In this document: in pieces, positions 1 through 11,447 of the stretch | Numbering within the stretch: the stretch's first letter is position 1 | How the letters are laid out: the number at the start of each line of letters is the position of its first letter | NCBI GenBank assembly: GCA_002189035.1 | Contig: NEEC01000505.1 | Coordinates: 1-21,969 of the forward strand | DNA from: Utricularia gibba | Lineage: Eukaryota; Plantae; Magnoliophyta | Direction: 5' to 3' | DNA: 21,969 nt | The notes under the pieces: model-generated | Seen by the model: only the letters and a program-made list of their open reading frames with translations | Databases searched by the model: none | Told to the model about the DNA's origin: nothing | Program-made: the position numbers and the translations under genes

Positions 1-158
1 CGGTTGAGAAAACCATTTTGGGTGCTCATGACATCCTAACTTCAATAACTGCATCACGATTTTCGTCGAGTAGGACCCGATGTGGCAAAGGAGTCAGACA
101 GAACCTTGGGTCAGAACGAAGTTCCCAACGACATCACCCGCCAGAAACGACAAGCTTT
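1..158 (+). repeat. Sub-repeat A (first half of the unit, ~158 bp)
   Basis: Aligns co-linearly to half B at a ~157-bp offset: ttgagaaa at 4 vs 162, aataactgcatca at 44 vs aataaatgcatca at 201, ttttcgtcgag vs tttt(t)gccgag, gaccgaacct vs gactcgacct, aagctt vs aagcat. The exact boundary is arbitrary. Confidence 0.8.
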
Positions 159-309
159 TCCTTGAGAAACTATGTAGGCAGCCTAATAAAGCCGAACGTT
201 AATAAATGCATCAATTTTTTGCGGCTACAAATGACTCTGGGCCGAGCTCGACTCGACCTCCTGCCGATACCGTTGCCCCACGAGAGCGCCTTATCAAATA
301 TAAAGCATG
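159..309 (+). repeat. Sub-repeat B (second half of the unit, ~152 bp)
   Basis: Homologous to half A through the same ordered motifs. Most subfamily-diagnostic variation (X/Y core and P/Q tail) lies in this half. Confidence 0.8.
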
Positions 310-622
310 CGGTTGAGAAAACCATTTTGGGTGCTCATGACATCCTAACTTCAATAACTGCATCACGATTTTCGTCGAGTAGGACCCGATGTGGCAAAGG
401 AGTCAGACCGAACCTTGGGTCAGAACGAAGTTCAAACGACATCACCCGCCCAAAACGACAAGCTTTTCCTTGAGAAAACATGTAGGCAGCCTATTAAAAC
501 CAACGTTAATAAATGCATCAAGTTTTTTTGCCGAGCTACAAATGACTATGGGCCCGAGCTCGACTCGACCTCCTGCTCGATACCGTTGCCCCACGAGAGC
601 GCCTCCTCAAATATAAAGCATG
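310..622 (+). repeat. Representative monomer (unit 2, Y subfamily)
   Basis: Y markers co-occur: caaaacgac, ctattaaaacc, caagttttt, gccgagct and gactatggg. The same set recurs in units starting at about 1863, 3715, 9899, 14232, 16962, 18765, 19384 and 21547. Confidence 0.85.
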
Positions 623-3600
623 CGGTTGAGAAAACCATTTTGGGTGCTCATGACATCCTAACTTCAATAACTGCATCACGATTTTCGTCGAGTAGGACCC
701 GATGTGGCAAAGGAGTCAGACAGAACCTTGGGTCCGAACGAAGTTCCCAACGACATCACCCGCCAGAAACGACAAGCTTTTCCTTGAGAAACTATGTAGG
801 CAGCCTAATAGCGCCGAACGTTAATAAATGCATCAATATTTTTGCGGGCTACAAATGACTCTGGGCCGAGCTCGACTCGACCTCCTGCTCGATACCGTTG
901 CCCCACGAGAGCGCCTCCTCAAATATAAAGCATGCGGTTGAGAAAACCATTTTGGGTGCTCATGACATCCTAACTTCAATAACTGCATCACGATTTTCGT
1001 CGAGTAGGACCCGATGTGGCAAAGGAGTCAGACAGAACCTTGGGTCCGAACGAAGTTCCCAACGACATCACCCGCCCAGAAACGACAAGCTTTTCCTTGA
1101 GAAACTATGTAGGCAGCCTAATAAGCCGAACGTTAATAAATGCATCAATTTTTTTGCGGCTACAAATGACTCTGGGAGCCGAGCCGACTCGACCTTTGCC
1201 GATACCGTTGCCCCACGAGAGCGCCTCTCAAATATAAAGCATGCGGTTGAGAAAACCTTTTGGGTGCTCATGAAATCCTAACTTCAATAACTGCATCACG
1301 ATTTTCGTCGAGTAGGACCAGATGTGGCAAAGGAGTCAGACCGAACCTTGGGTCAGAACGAAGTTCAAACGACATCACCCGCCAAAACGACAAGCTTTTC
1401 CTTGAGAAACCATGTAGGCAGCCTATTAAAACCGAACGTTAATAAATGCATCAAGTTTTTTGCCGAGCTACAAATGACTCTGGGCCGAGCTCGACTCGAC
1501 CTCCTGCTCGATACCGTTGCCCACGAGAGTGCCTTATCAAATATAAAGCATGCGGTTGAGAAAACCATTTTGGGTGCTCATGATATCCTAACTTCAATAA
1601 CTGCATCACGATTTTCGTCGAGTAGGACCGATGTGGCAAAGGAGTCAGACCGAACCTATGGTCAGAACGAAGTTCCAAAAGACATCACCCGCCCAGAAAC
1701 GACAAGCTTTTCCTTGAGAAACATGTAGGCAGCCTATAAAACCCAACGTTAATAAATGCATCAATTTTTTGCCGGCTACAAATGACTCTGGGAGCGAGCT
1801 CGACTCGACCTTTTGCCCGATACCGTTGCCCCACGAGAGCGCCTCCTCAAATACAAAGCATGCGATTGAGAAAACATTTTGGGTGCTCATGAATCCTAAC
1901 TTCAATAACTGCATCACGATTTTCGTCGAGTAGGACCCGATGTGGCAAAGGAGTCAGACCGAACCTTGGTCAGAACGAAGTTCACAACGACATCACCCGC
2001 CCAAAAAACGACAAGCTTTTCCTTGAGAAAACATTGAGGCAGCCTATTAAAACCAACGTTAATAAATGCATCAAGTTTTTTGCCGAGCTACAAATGACTA
2101 TGGGCCCGAGCTCGACTCGACCTCCTACTCGATACGTTGCCCCACGAGAGCACCTTATCAAATATAAAGCATGCGGTTGAGAAAACCATTTTGGGTGCTC
2201 ATGATATCCTAACTTCAATAACTGCATCACGATTTTCGTCGAGTAGGACCCGATGTGGCAAAGGAGTCAGACCGAACCTTGGTCAGAACGAAGTTCCAAC
2301 GACATCACCCGCCCAGAAACGACAAGCTTTTCCTTGAGAAACTATGTAGGCAGCCTAATAAAGCCGAACGTTAATAAATGCATCAATTTTTTGCGGGCTA
2401 CAAATGACTCTGGGCCCGAGCTCGACTCGACCTCCTGCTCGATACCGTTGCCCCACGAGAGCACCTTATCAAATATAAAGCATGCGGTTGAGAAAACCAT
2501 TTTGGGTGCTCATGAATCCTAACTTCAATAACTGCATCACGATTTTCGTCGAGTAGGACCCGATGTGGCAAAGGAGTCAGACCGAACCTTGGGTCAGAAC
2601 GAAGTTCCAACGACATCACCGCCCAAAAACGACAAGCTTTTCCTTGAGAAAACAATGTAGGCGCTATTAAAACCAACGTTAATAATGCATCAATTTTTTT
2701 GCCGAGCTACAAATGACTATGGGCCCGAGCTCGACTCGACCTCCTACTCGATACCGTTGCCCACGAGAGCGCCTTATCAAATATAAAGCATGCGGTTGAG
2801 AAAACCATTTTGGGTGCTCATGAATCCTAACTTCAATAACTGCATCACGATTTTCGTCGAGTAGGACCCGATGTGGCAAAGGAGTCAGACAGAACCTTGG
2901 GTCGAACGAAGTTCCAACGACATCACCCGCCCAGAAACGACAAGCTTTTCCTTGAGAAACTATGTAGGCAGCCTAATAAGCCAACGTTAATAAATGCATC
3001 AATTTTTTGCGGGCTACAAATGACTCTGGGCCGAGCTCGACTCGACCTCCTGCTCGATACCGTTGCCCCACGAGAGCGAAATATAAAGCATGCGGTTGAG
3101 AAAACCATTTTGGGTGCTCATGAAATCCTAACTTCAATAACTGCATCACGATTTTCGTCGAGTAGGACCCGATGTGGCAAAGGAGTCAGACCGAACCTTG
3201 GGTCAGAACGAAGTTCCAACGACATCACCCGCCAGAAACGACAAGCTTTTCCTTGAGAAACTATAGGCAGCCTAATAAACCAACGTTAATAAATGCATCA
3301 ATTTTTTTGCCGGGCTACAAATGACTCTGGGCCCGAGCTCGACTCGACCTCCTGCTCGATACCGTTGCCCCACGAGAGTGCCTTATCAAATATAAAGCAT
3401 GCGGTTGAGAAAACCATTTTGGGTGCTCATGATATCCTAACTTCAATAACTGCATCACGATTTTCGTCGAGTAGGACCCGATGTGGCAAAGGAGTCAGAC
3501 CGAACCTTGGTCAGAACGAAGTTCCAAACGACATCACCCGCCAGAAACGACAAGCTTTTCCTTGAGAAACTATGTAGGCAGCCTAATAAAGCCGAACGTT

Positions 3601-6600
3601 AATAAATGCATCAATTTTTTTGCCGGGCTACAAATGACTCTGGGCCCGAGCTCGACTCGACCTCCTGCTCGATACCGTTGCCCCACGAGAGTGCCTTATC
3701 AAATATAAAGCATGCGGTTGAGAAAACCATTTTGGGTGCTCATGATCCTAACTTCAATAACTGCATCACGATTTTCGTCGAGTAGGACCCGATGTGGCAA
3801 AGGAGTCAGACCGAACCTTGGTCAGAACGAAGTTCCAAAAGACATCACCCGCCCAAAAACGACAAGCTTTTCCTTGAGAAAACCATGTAGGCAATTAAAA
3901 CCAACGTTAATAAATGCATCAAGTTTTTTTGCCGAGCTACAAATGACTATGGGCCCGAGCTCGACTCGACCTCCTACTCGATACCGTTGCCCACGAGAGC
4001 GCCTTATCAAATATAAAGCATGCGGTTGAGAACCATTTTGGGTGCTCATGAATCCTAACTTCAATAACTGCATCACGATTTTCGTCGAGTAGGACCCGAT
4101 GTGGCAAAGGAGTCAGACCGAACCTTGGTCAGAACGAAGTTCCAAAGACATCACCCGCCCAAACGACAAGCTTTTCCTTGAGAAACTATGTAGGCAGCCT
4201 AATAAAGCCAACGTTAATAAATGCATCAATTTTTTTGCCGGGCTACAAATGACTCTGGGCCGAGCTCGACTCGACCTCCTGCTCGATACCGTTGCCCCAC
4301 GAGAGTGCCTTATCAAATATAAAGCATGCGGTTGAGAAAACCATTTTGGGTGCTCATGAATCCTAACTTCAATAACTGCATCACGATTTTCGTCGAGTAG
4401 GACCCGATGTGGCAAAGGAGTCAGACCGAACCTTGGTCAGAACGAAGTTCCAAAAGACATCACCCGCCCAGAAACGACAAGCTTTTCCTTGAGAAACTAT
4501 GTAGGCAGCCTAATAAAGCCGAACGTTAATAAATGCATCAATTTTTTGCCGGGCTACAAATGACTCTGGGCCCGAGCTCGACTCGACCTCCTGCTCGATA
4601 CCGTTGCCCCACGAGAGCGCCTTATCAAATATAAAGCATGCGGTTGAGAAAACCATTTTGGGTGCTCATGAATCCTAACTTCAATAACTGCATCACGATT
4701 TTCGTCGAGTAGGACCCGATGTGGCAAAGGAGTCAGACCGAACCTTGGTCAGAACGAAGTTCCAAAAGACATCACCCGCCCAAAAACGACAAGCTTTTCC
4801 TTGAGAAAACCATGTAGGCATTAAAACCAACGTTAATAAATGCATCAATTTTTTGCCGGCTACAAATGACTATGGGCCGAGCTCGACTCGACCTCCTACT
4901 CGATACCGTTGCCCCACGAGAGCACCTTATCAAATATAAAGCATGCGGTTGAGAAAACCATTTTGGGTGCTCATGATATCCTAACTTCAATAACTGCATC
5001 ACGATTTTCGTCGAGTAGGACCCGATGTGGCAAAGGAGTCAGACCGAACCTTGGTCAGAACGAAGTTCCAACGACATCACCCGCCCAGAAACGACAAGCT
5101 TTTCCTTGAGAAACTATGTAGGCAGCCTAATAAAGCCGAACGTTAATAAATGCATCAATTTTTTTGCCGGGCTACAAATGACTCTGGGCCCGAGCTCGAC
5201 TCGACCTCCTGCTCGATACCGTTGCCCCACGAGAGTGCCTTATCAAATATAAAGCATGCGGTTGAGAAAACCATTTTGGGTGCTCATGAATCCTAACTTC
5301 AATAACTGCATCACGATTTTCGTCGAGTAGGACCCGATGTGGCAAAGGAGTCAGACCGAACCTTGGTCAGAACGAAGTTCCAAAAGACATCACCCGCCCA
5401 GAAACGACAAGCTTTTCCTTGAGAAACTATGTAGGCAGCCTACCCAACGTTAATAAATGCATCAATTTTTTTGCCGGGCTACAAATGACTCTGGGAAGCT
5501 CGACTCGACCTCTGCTCGATACCGTTGCCCCACTAGAGCGCCTCCTCAAATATAAAGCATGCGGTTGAAAAACATTTTGGGTGCTCATGAAATCCTAACT
5601 TCAATAACTGCATCACGATTTTCGTCGAGTAGGACCCGATGTGGCAAAGGAGTCAGACAGAACCTTGGGTCAGAACGAAGTTCCCAACGACATCACCCGC
5701 CAGAAACGACAAGCTTTTCCTTGAGAAACTATGTAGGCAGCCTAATAAAGCCGAACGTTAATAAATGCATCAATTTTTTTGCCGGGCTACAAATGACTCT
5801 GGGCCGAGCTCGACTCGACCTCCTGCTCGATACCGTTGCCCCACGAGAGTGCCTTATCAAATATAAAGCATGCGGTTGAGAAAACCATTTTGGGTGCTCA
5901 TGATATCCTAACTTCAAACTGCATCACGATTTCGTCGAGTAGGACCCGATGTGGCAAAGGAGTCAGACCGAACCTTGGTCAGAACGAAGTTCCAAAAGAC
6001 ATCACCCGCCCAGAAACGACAAGCTTTTCCTTGAGAAACTATGTAGGCAGCCTAATAAAGCCGAACGTTAATAAATGCATCAATTTTTTTGCCGGGCTAC
6101 AAATGACTCTGGGCCCGAGCTCGACTCGACCTCCTGCTCGATACCGTTGCCCCACGAGAGTGCCTTATCAAATATAAAGCATGCGGTTGAGAAAACCATT
6201 TTGGGTGCTCATGATATCCTAACTTCAATAACTGCATCACGATTTTCGTCGAGTAGGACCCGATGTGGCAAAGGAGTCAGACCGAACCTTGGTCAGAACG
6301 AAGTTCCAAAAGACATCACCCGCCCAAAAACGACAAGCTTTTCCTTGAGAAAACCATGTAGGCAGCCTAATTAAAACCAAACGTTATAAATGCATCAAGT
6401 TTTTTGCCGAGCTACAAATGACTATGGGCCCGAGCTCGACTCGACCTCCTGCTCGATACCGTTGCCCCACGAGAGCCCTTATCAAATATAAAGCATGCGG
6501 TTGAGAAAACCATTTTGGGTGCTCATGAATCCTAACTTCAATAACTGCATCACGATTTTCGTCGAGTAGGACCCGATGTGGCAAAGGAGTCAGACCGAAC

Positions 6601-7427
6601 CTTGGTCAGAACGAAGTTCCAAAAGACATCACCCGCCCAGAAACGACAAGCTTTTCCTTGAGAAAACTATGTAGGCAGCCTAATAAAGCCGAACGTTAAT
6701 AAATGCATCAATTTTTTTGCCGGCTACAAATGACTCTGGGCCGAGCTCGACTCGACCTCCTGCTCGATACCGTTGCCCCACGAGAGTGCCTTATCAAATA
6801 TAAAGCATGCGGTTGAGAAAACCATTTTGGGTGCTCATGAATCCTAACTTCAATAACTGCATCACGATTTTCGTCGAGTAGGACCCGATGTGGCAAAGGA
6901 GTCAGACCGAACCTTGGTCAGAACGAAGTTCCAAAGACATCACCCGCCCAGAAACGACAAGCTTTTCCTTGAGAAACTATGTAGGCAGCCTATAAAGCCG
7001 AACGTTAATAAATGCATCAATTTTTTTTGCCGGGCTACAAATGACTCTGGGCCCGAGCTCGACTCGACCTCCTGCTCGATACCGTTGCCCCACGAGAGTG
7101 CCTTATCAAATAAAAGCATGCGGTTGAGAAAACCATTTTGGGTGCTCATGATATCCTAACTTCAATAACTGCATCACGATTTTCGTCGAGTAGGACCCGA
7201 TGTGGCAAAGGAGTCAGACCGAACCTTGGTCAGAACGAAGTTCCAAAAGACATCACCCGCCCAGAAACGACAAGCTTTTCCTTGAGAAACATGTAGGCAG
7301 CCTATTAAAACCCAACGTTAATAAATGCATCAATTTTTTTGCCGGCTACAAATGACTCTGGGCGAGCTCGACTCGACCTGCCCGATACCGTTGCCCCACG
7401 AGAGCGCCTTATCAAATATAAAGCATG

Positions 7428-10400
7428 CGGTTGAGAAACATTTTGGGTGCTCATGAAATCCTAACTTCAATAACTGCATCACGATTTTCGTCGAGTAGGA
7501 CCCGATGTGGCAAAGGAGTCAGACCGAACCTTGGTCAGAACGAAGTTCACAACGACATCACCCGCCCAAAAACGACAAGCTTTTCCTTGAGAAAACCATT
7601 GAGGCAGCCTATTAAAACCAACCGTTAATAAATGCATCAAGTTTTTTGCCGAGCTACAAATGACTATGGGCCCGAGCTCGACTCGACCTCCTGCTCGATA
7701 CCGTTGCCCCACGAGAGTGCCTTATCAAATATAAAGCATGCGGTTGAGAAAACATTTTGGGTGCTCATGAAATCCTAACTTCAATAACTGCATCACGATT
7801 TTCGTCGAGTAGGACCCGATGTGGCAAAGGAGTCAGACCGAACCTTGGGTCAGAACGAAGTTCCAACGACATCACCCGCCCAAAAACGACAAGCTTTTCC
7901 TTGAGAAAACTATGAGGCAGCCTATTAAAACCAACGTTAATAAATGCATCAATTTTTTTGCCGGCTACAAATGACTATGGGCCCGAGCTCGACTCGACCT
8001 CCTGCTCGATACCGTTGCCCCACGAGAGCCCTTATCAAATATAAAGCATGCGGTTGAGAAAACCATTTTGGGTGCTCATGAAATCCTAACTTCAATACTG
8101 CATCACGATTTTCGTCGAGTAGGACCCGATGTGGCAAAGGAGTCAGACAGAACCTTGGGTCCGAACGAAGTTCCCAACGACATCACCCGCCAGAAACGAC
8201 AAGCTTTTCCTTGAGAAAACTATGTAGGCAGCTATTAAACCCAACGTTAATAAATGCATCAAGTTTTTTGCCGAGCTACAAATGACTATGGGCCCGAGCT
8301 CGACTCGACCTCCTGCTCGATACCGTTGCCCCACGAGAGCGCCTCAAATATAAAGCATGCGGTTGAGAAAACCATTTTGGGTGCTCATGACATCCTAACT
8401 TCAATAACTGCATCACGATTTTCGTCGAGTAGGACCCGATGTGGCAAAGGAGTCAGACAGAACCTTGGGTCCGAACGAAGTTCCAAAAGACATCACCCGC
8501 CAGAAACGACAAGCTTTTCCTTGAGAAACTATGTAGGCAGCCTAATAAAGCCGAACGTTAATAAATGCATCAATTTTTTTTGCCGGCTACAAATGACTCT
8601 GGGCCGAGCTCGACTCGACCTCCTGCTCGATACCGTTGCCCCACGAGAGTGCCTTATCAATATAAAGCATGCGGTTGAGAAAACCATTTTGGGTGCTCAT
8701 GATATCCTAACTTCAATAACTGCATCACGATTTTCGTCGAGTAGGACCCGATGTGGCAAAGGAGTCAGACCGAACCTTGGTCAGAACGAAGTTCCAAAGA
8801 CATCACCCGCCCAGAAACGACAAGCTTTTCCTTGAGAAACCATGTAGGCAGCCTATTAAAACCAACGTTAATAAATGCATCAATTTTTTTCGGCTACAAA
8901 TGACTCTGAGCCCGACTCGACCTCGCCGATACCGTTGCCCCACGAGAGCGCCTCCTCAAATATAAAGCATGCGGTTGAGAAAACCATTTTGGGTGCTCAT
9001 GAAATCCTAACTTCAATAACTGCATCACGATTTTCGTCGAGTAGGACCCGATGTGGCAAAGGAGTCAGACCGAACCTTGGGTCAGAACGAAGTTCAACGA
9101 CATCACCCGCCCAAAAACGACAAGCTTTTCCTTGAAAAACCATTAGGCAGCCTATTAAAACCAACGTTAATAAATGCATCAAGTTTTTTGCCGAGCTACA
9201 AATGACTATGGGCCGAGCTCGACTCGACCTCCTACTCGATACCGTTGCCCCACGAGAGCACCTTATCAAATAAAGCATGCGGTTGAGAAAACCATTTTGG
9301 GTGCTCATGACATCCTAACTTCAATAACTGCATCACGATTTTCGTCGAGTAGGACCCGATGTGGCAAAGGAGTCAGACAGAACCTTGGGTCCGAACGAAG
9401 TTCCAAAAGACATCACCCGCCGAAACGACAAGCTTTTCCTTGAGAAACTATGTAGGCAGCCTAATAAAGCCGAACGTTAATAAATGCATCAATTTTTTTG
9501 CCGGGCTACAAATGACTCTGGGCCGAGCTCGACTCGACCTCCTGCTCGATACCGTTGCCCCACGAGAGTGCCTTATCAAATATAAAGCATGCGGTTGAGA
9601 AAACCATTTTGGGTGCTCATGATATCCTAACTTCAAACTGCATCACGATTTTCGTCGAGTAGGACCCGATGTGGCAAAGGAGTCAGACCGAACCTATGGT
9701 CAGAACGAAGTTCCAAAAGACATCACCCGCCCAGAAACGACAAGCTTTTCCTTGAGAAACTATGTAGGCAGCCTATTAAAACCAACGTTAATAAATGCAT
9801 CAATTTTTTTTGCAGGCTACAAATGACTCTGGGCGAGCCCGACTCGACCTTTGCCGATACCGTGCCCCACGAGAGCGCCTCCTCAAATATAAAGCATGCG
9901 ATTGAAAACATTTTGGGTGCTCATGAAATCCTAACTTCAATAACTGCATCACGATTTTCGTCGAGTAGGACCAGATTTGGCAAAGGAGACAGACCGAACC
10001 TTGGGTCAGAACGAAGTTCACAACGACATCACCCGCCCAAAAACGACAAGCTTTTCCTTGAGAAAACCATTAGGCGGCCTATTAAAACCAACGTTAATAA
10101 ATGCATCAAGTTTTTTTGCCGAGCTACAAATGACTATGGGCCCGAGCTCGACTCGACCTCCTGCTCGATACCGTTGCCCCACGAGAGCCTTATCAAATAT
10201 AAAGCATGCGGTTGAGAAAACCATTTTGGGTGCTCATGAAATCCTAACTTCAATAACTGCATCGATTTTCGTCGAGTAGGACCCGATGTGGCAAAGGAGT
10301 CAGACCGAACCTTGGGTCAGAACGAAGTTCCAACGACATCACCCGCCCAAAAACGACAAGCTTTTCCTTGAGAAACCATTAGGCAGCCTATTAAAACCAA

Positions 10401-11447
10401 CGTTAATAAATGCATCAAGTTTTTTTGCCGAGCTACAAATGACTATGGGCCCGAGCTCGACTCGACCTCCTGCTCGATACCGTTGCCCGAGAGCCTTATC
10501 AAATATAAAGCATGCGGTTGAGAAAACCATTTTGGGTGCTCATGAAATCCTAACTTCAATAACTGCATCACGATTTTCGTCGAGTAGGACCCGATGTGGC
10601 AAAGGAGTCAGACAGAACCTTGGGTCAGAACGAAGTTCCCAACGACATCACCCGCCAGAAACGACAAGCTTTTCCTTGAGAAACAATGTAGGCAGCTATT
10701 AAAACCAACGTTAATAAATGCATCAAGTTTTTTGCCGAGCTACAAATGACTATGGGCCCGAGCTCGACTCGACCTCCTGCTCGATACCGTTGCCCCACGA
10801 GAGCGCCTCCTCAAATATAAAGCATGCGGTTGAGAAACCATTTTGGGTGCTCATGACATCCTAACTTCAATAACTGCATCACGATTTTCGTCGAGTAGGA
10901 CCCGATGTGGCAAAGGAGTCAGACCGAACCTTGGGTCCGAACGAAGTTCCAAAAGACATCACCCGCCGAAACGACAAGCTTTTCCTTGAGAAACTATGTA
11001 GGCAGCCTAATAAAGCCGAACGTTAATAAATGCATCAATTTTTTTGCCGGGCTACAAATGACTCTGGGCCGAGCTCGACTCGACCTCCTGCTCGATACCG
11101 TTGCCCCACGAGAGTGCCTTATCAAATATAAAGCATGCGGTTGAGAAAACCCTTTTGGGTGCTCATGATATCCTAACTTCAATAACTGCATCACGATTTT
11201 CGTCGAGTAGGACCCGATGTGGCAAAGGAGTCAGACCGAACCTTGGTCAGAACGAAGTTCCAAAAGACATCACCCGCCCAGAAACGACAAGCTTTTCCTT
11301 GAGAAACCATGTAGGCAGCCTATTAAAACCCAACGTTAATAAATGCATCACTTTTTTTGCAGGCTACAAATGACTCTGGCGAGCTCGACTCGACCTTTTG
11401 CCCGATACCGTTGCCCCACTAGAGCGCCTCCTCAAATATAAAGCATG
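7428..11447 (+). repeat. Imperfect higher-order repeat: 5-unit block (7428-8971), 3-unit block (8972-9898), 5-unit block (9899-11447)
   Basis: Both 5-unit blocks have the order Y, Y, X/Y-hybrid, X(ggtccg+caaaaga), gatatc/Q-tail, offset by ~2470 bp. The combination ggtccg...ttccaaaaga was seen only at about 8468, 9388 and 10934. Confidence 0.55.

Larger units (their letters stand above)
1..309 (+). repeat. Representative monomer (unit 1, X subfamily)
   Basis: Starts cggttgagaaaacc and ends aaatataaagcatg; the next copy begins at 310. X markers are cagaaacgac, aaactatgtagg, ctaataaagccg, caattttt and gactctggg. Hand count gives 143 G+C in the first 300 bases and about 19 CpG in the unit. Confidence 0.95.

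Noticed and set aside
137-151. CENP-B-box-like motif on the minus strand (cccgccagaaacgac vs CCCGnnTnnnnCGAA)
   Set aside because: Only 7 of the 9 essential bases match, and the spacing varies between units (cccgcc vs cccgccc).
83-159. Possible Pol III internal promoter: A-box-like tggcaaaggag, B-box-like gttc(a/c)aac and a downstream TTTT
   Set aside because: Both boxes mismatch the consensus (TRGCNNARYGG, GTTCRANNC) at conserved positions, there is no tRNA cloverleaf, and such short matches are expected by chance.
205-280. Faint resemblance of half B to plant 5S rRNA as I recall it (aatgca, tgggcgag, gacctcctg and gttgc-cc in the same order)
   Set aside because: The spacings disagree (about 8 vs 18 and 9 vs 12 nt), tgggcgag is a minority variant (usually tgggcc(c)gag), and no 120-nt 5S gene can be aligned. 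An Infernal search with RF00001 would settle it; I expect no significant hit.
26-310. Several 6-bp palindromes per unit (tcatga, aagctt, aacgtt, atgcat, gggccc, gagctc, gcatgc)
   Set aside because: Six to seven are observed against about five expected by chance in 310 bp. There are no long inverted repeats or terminator-like hairpins, so they are useful only as restriction markers.
305-322. Resemblance of gcatgcggttgagaaaac and gtggcaaa to motifs I recall from maize CentC / rice CentO
   Set aside because: The matches are short, their spacing is not co-linear with CentC as I remember it, and I cannot run an alignment. This is not enough to assign a family or taxon.
3071-3092. 7-bp deletion (ccttatc) in the tail of unit 10
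   Set aside because: It is a singleton at a polymorphic segment (ccttatc/cctcctc) and cannot be distinguished from consensus error.
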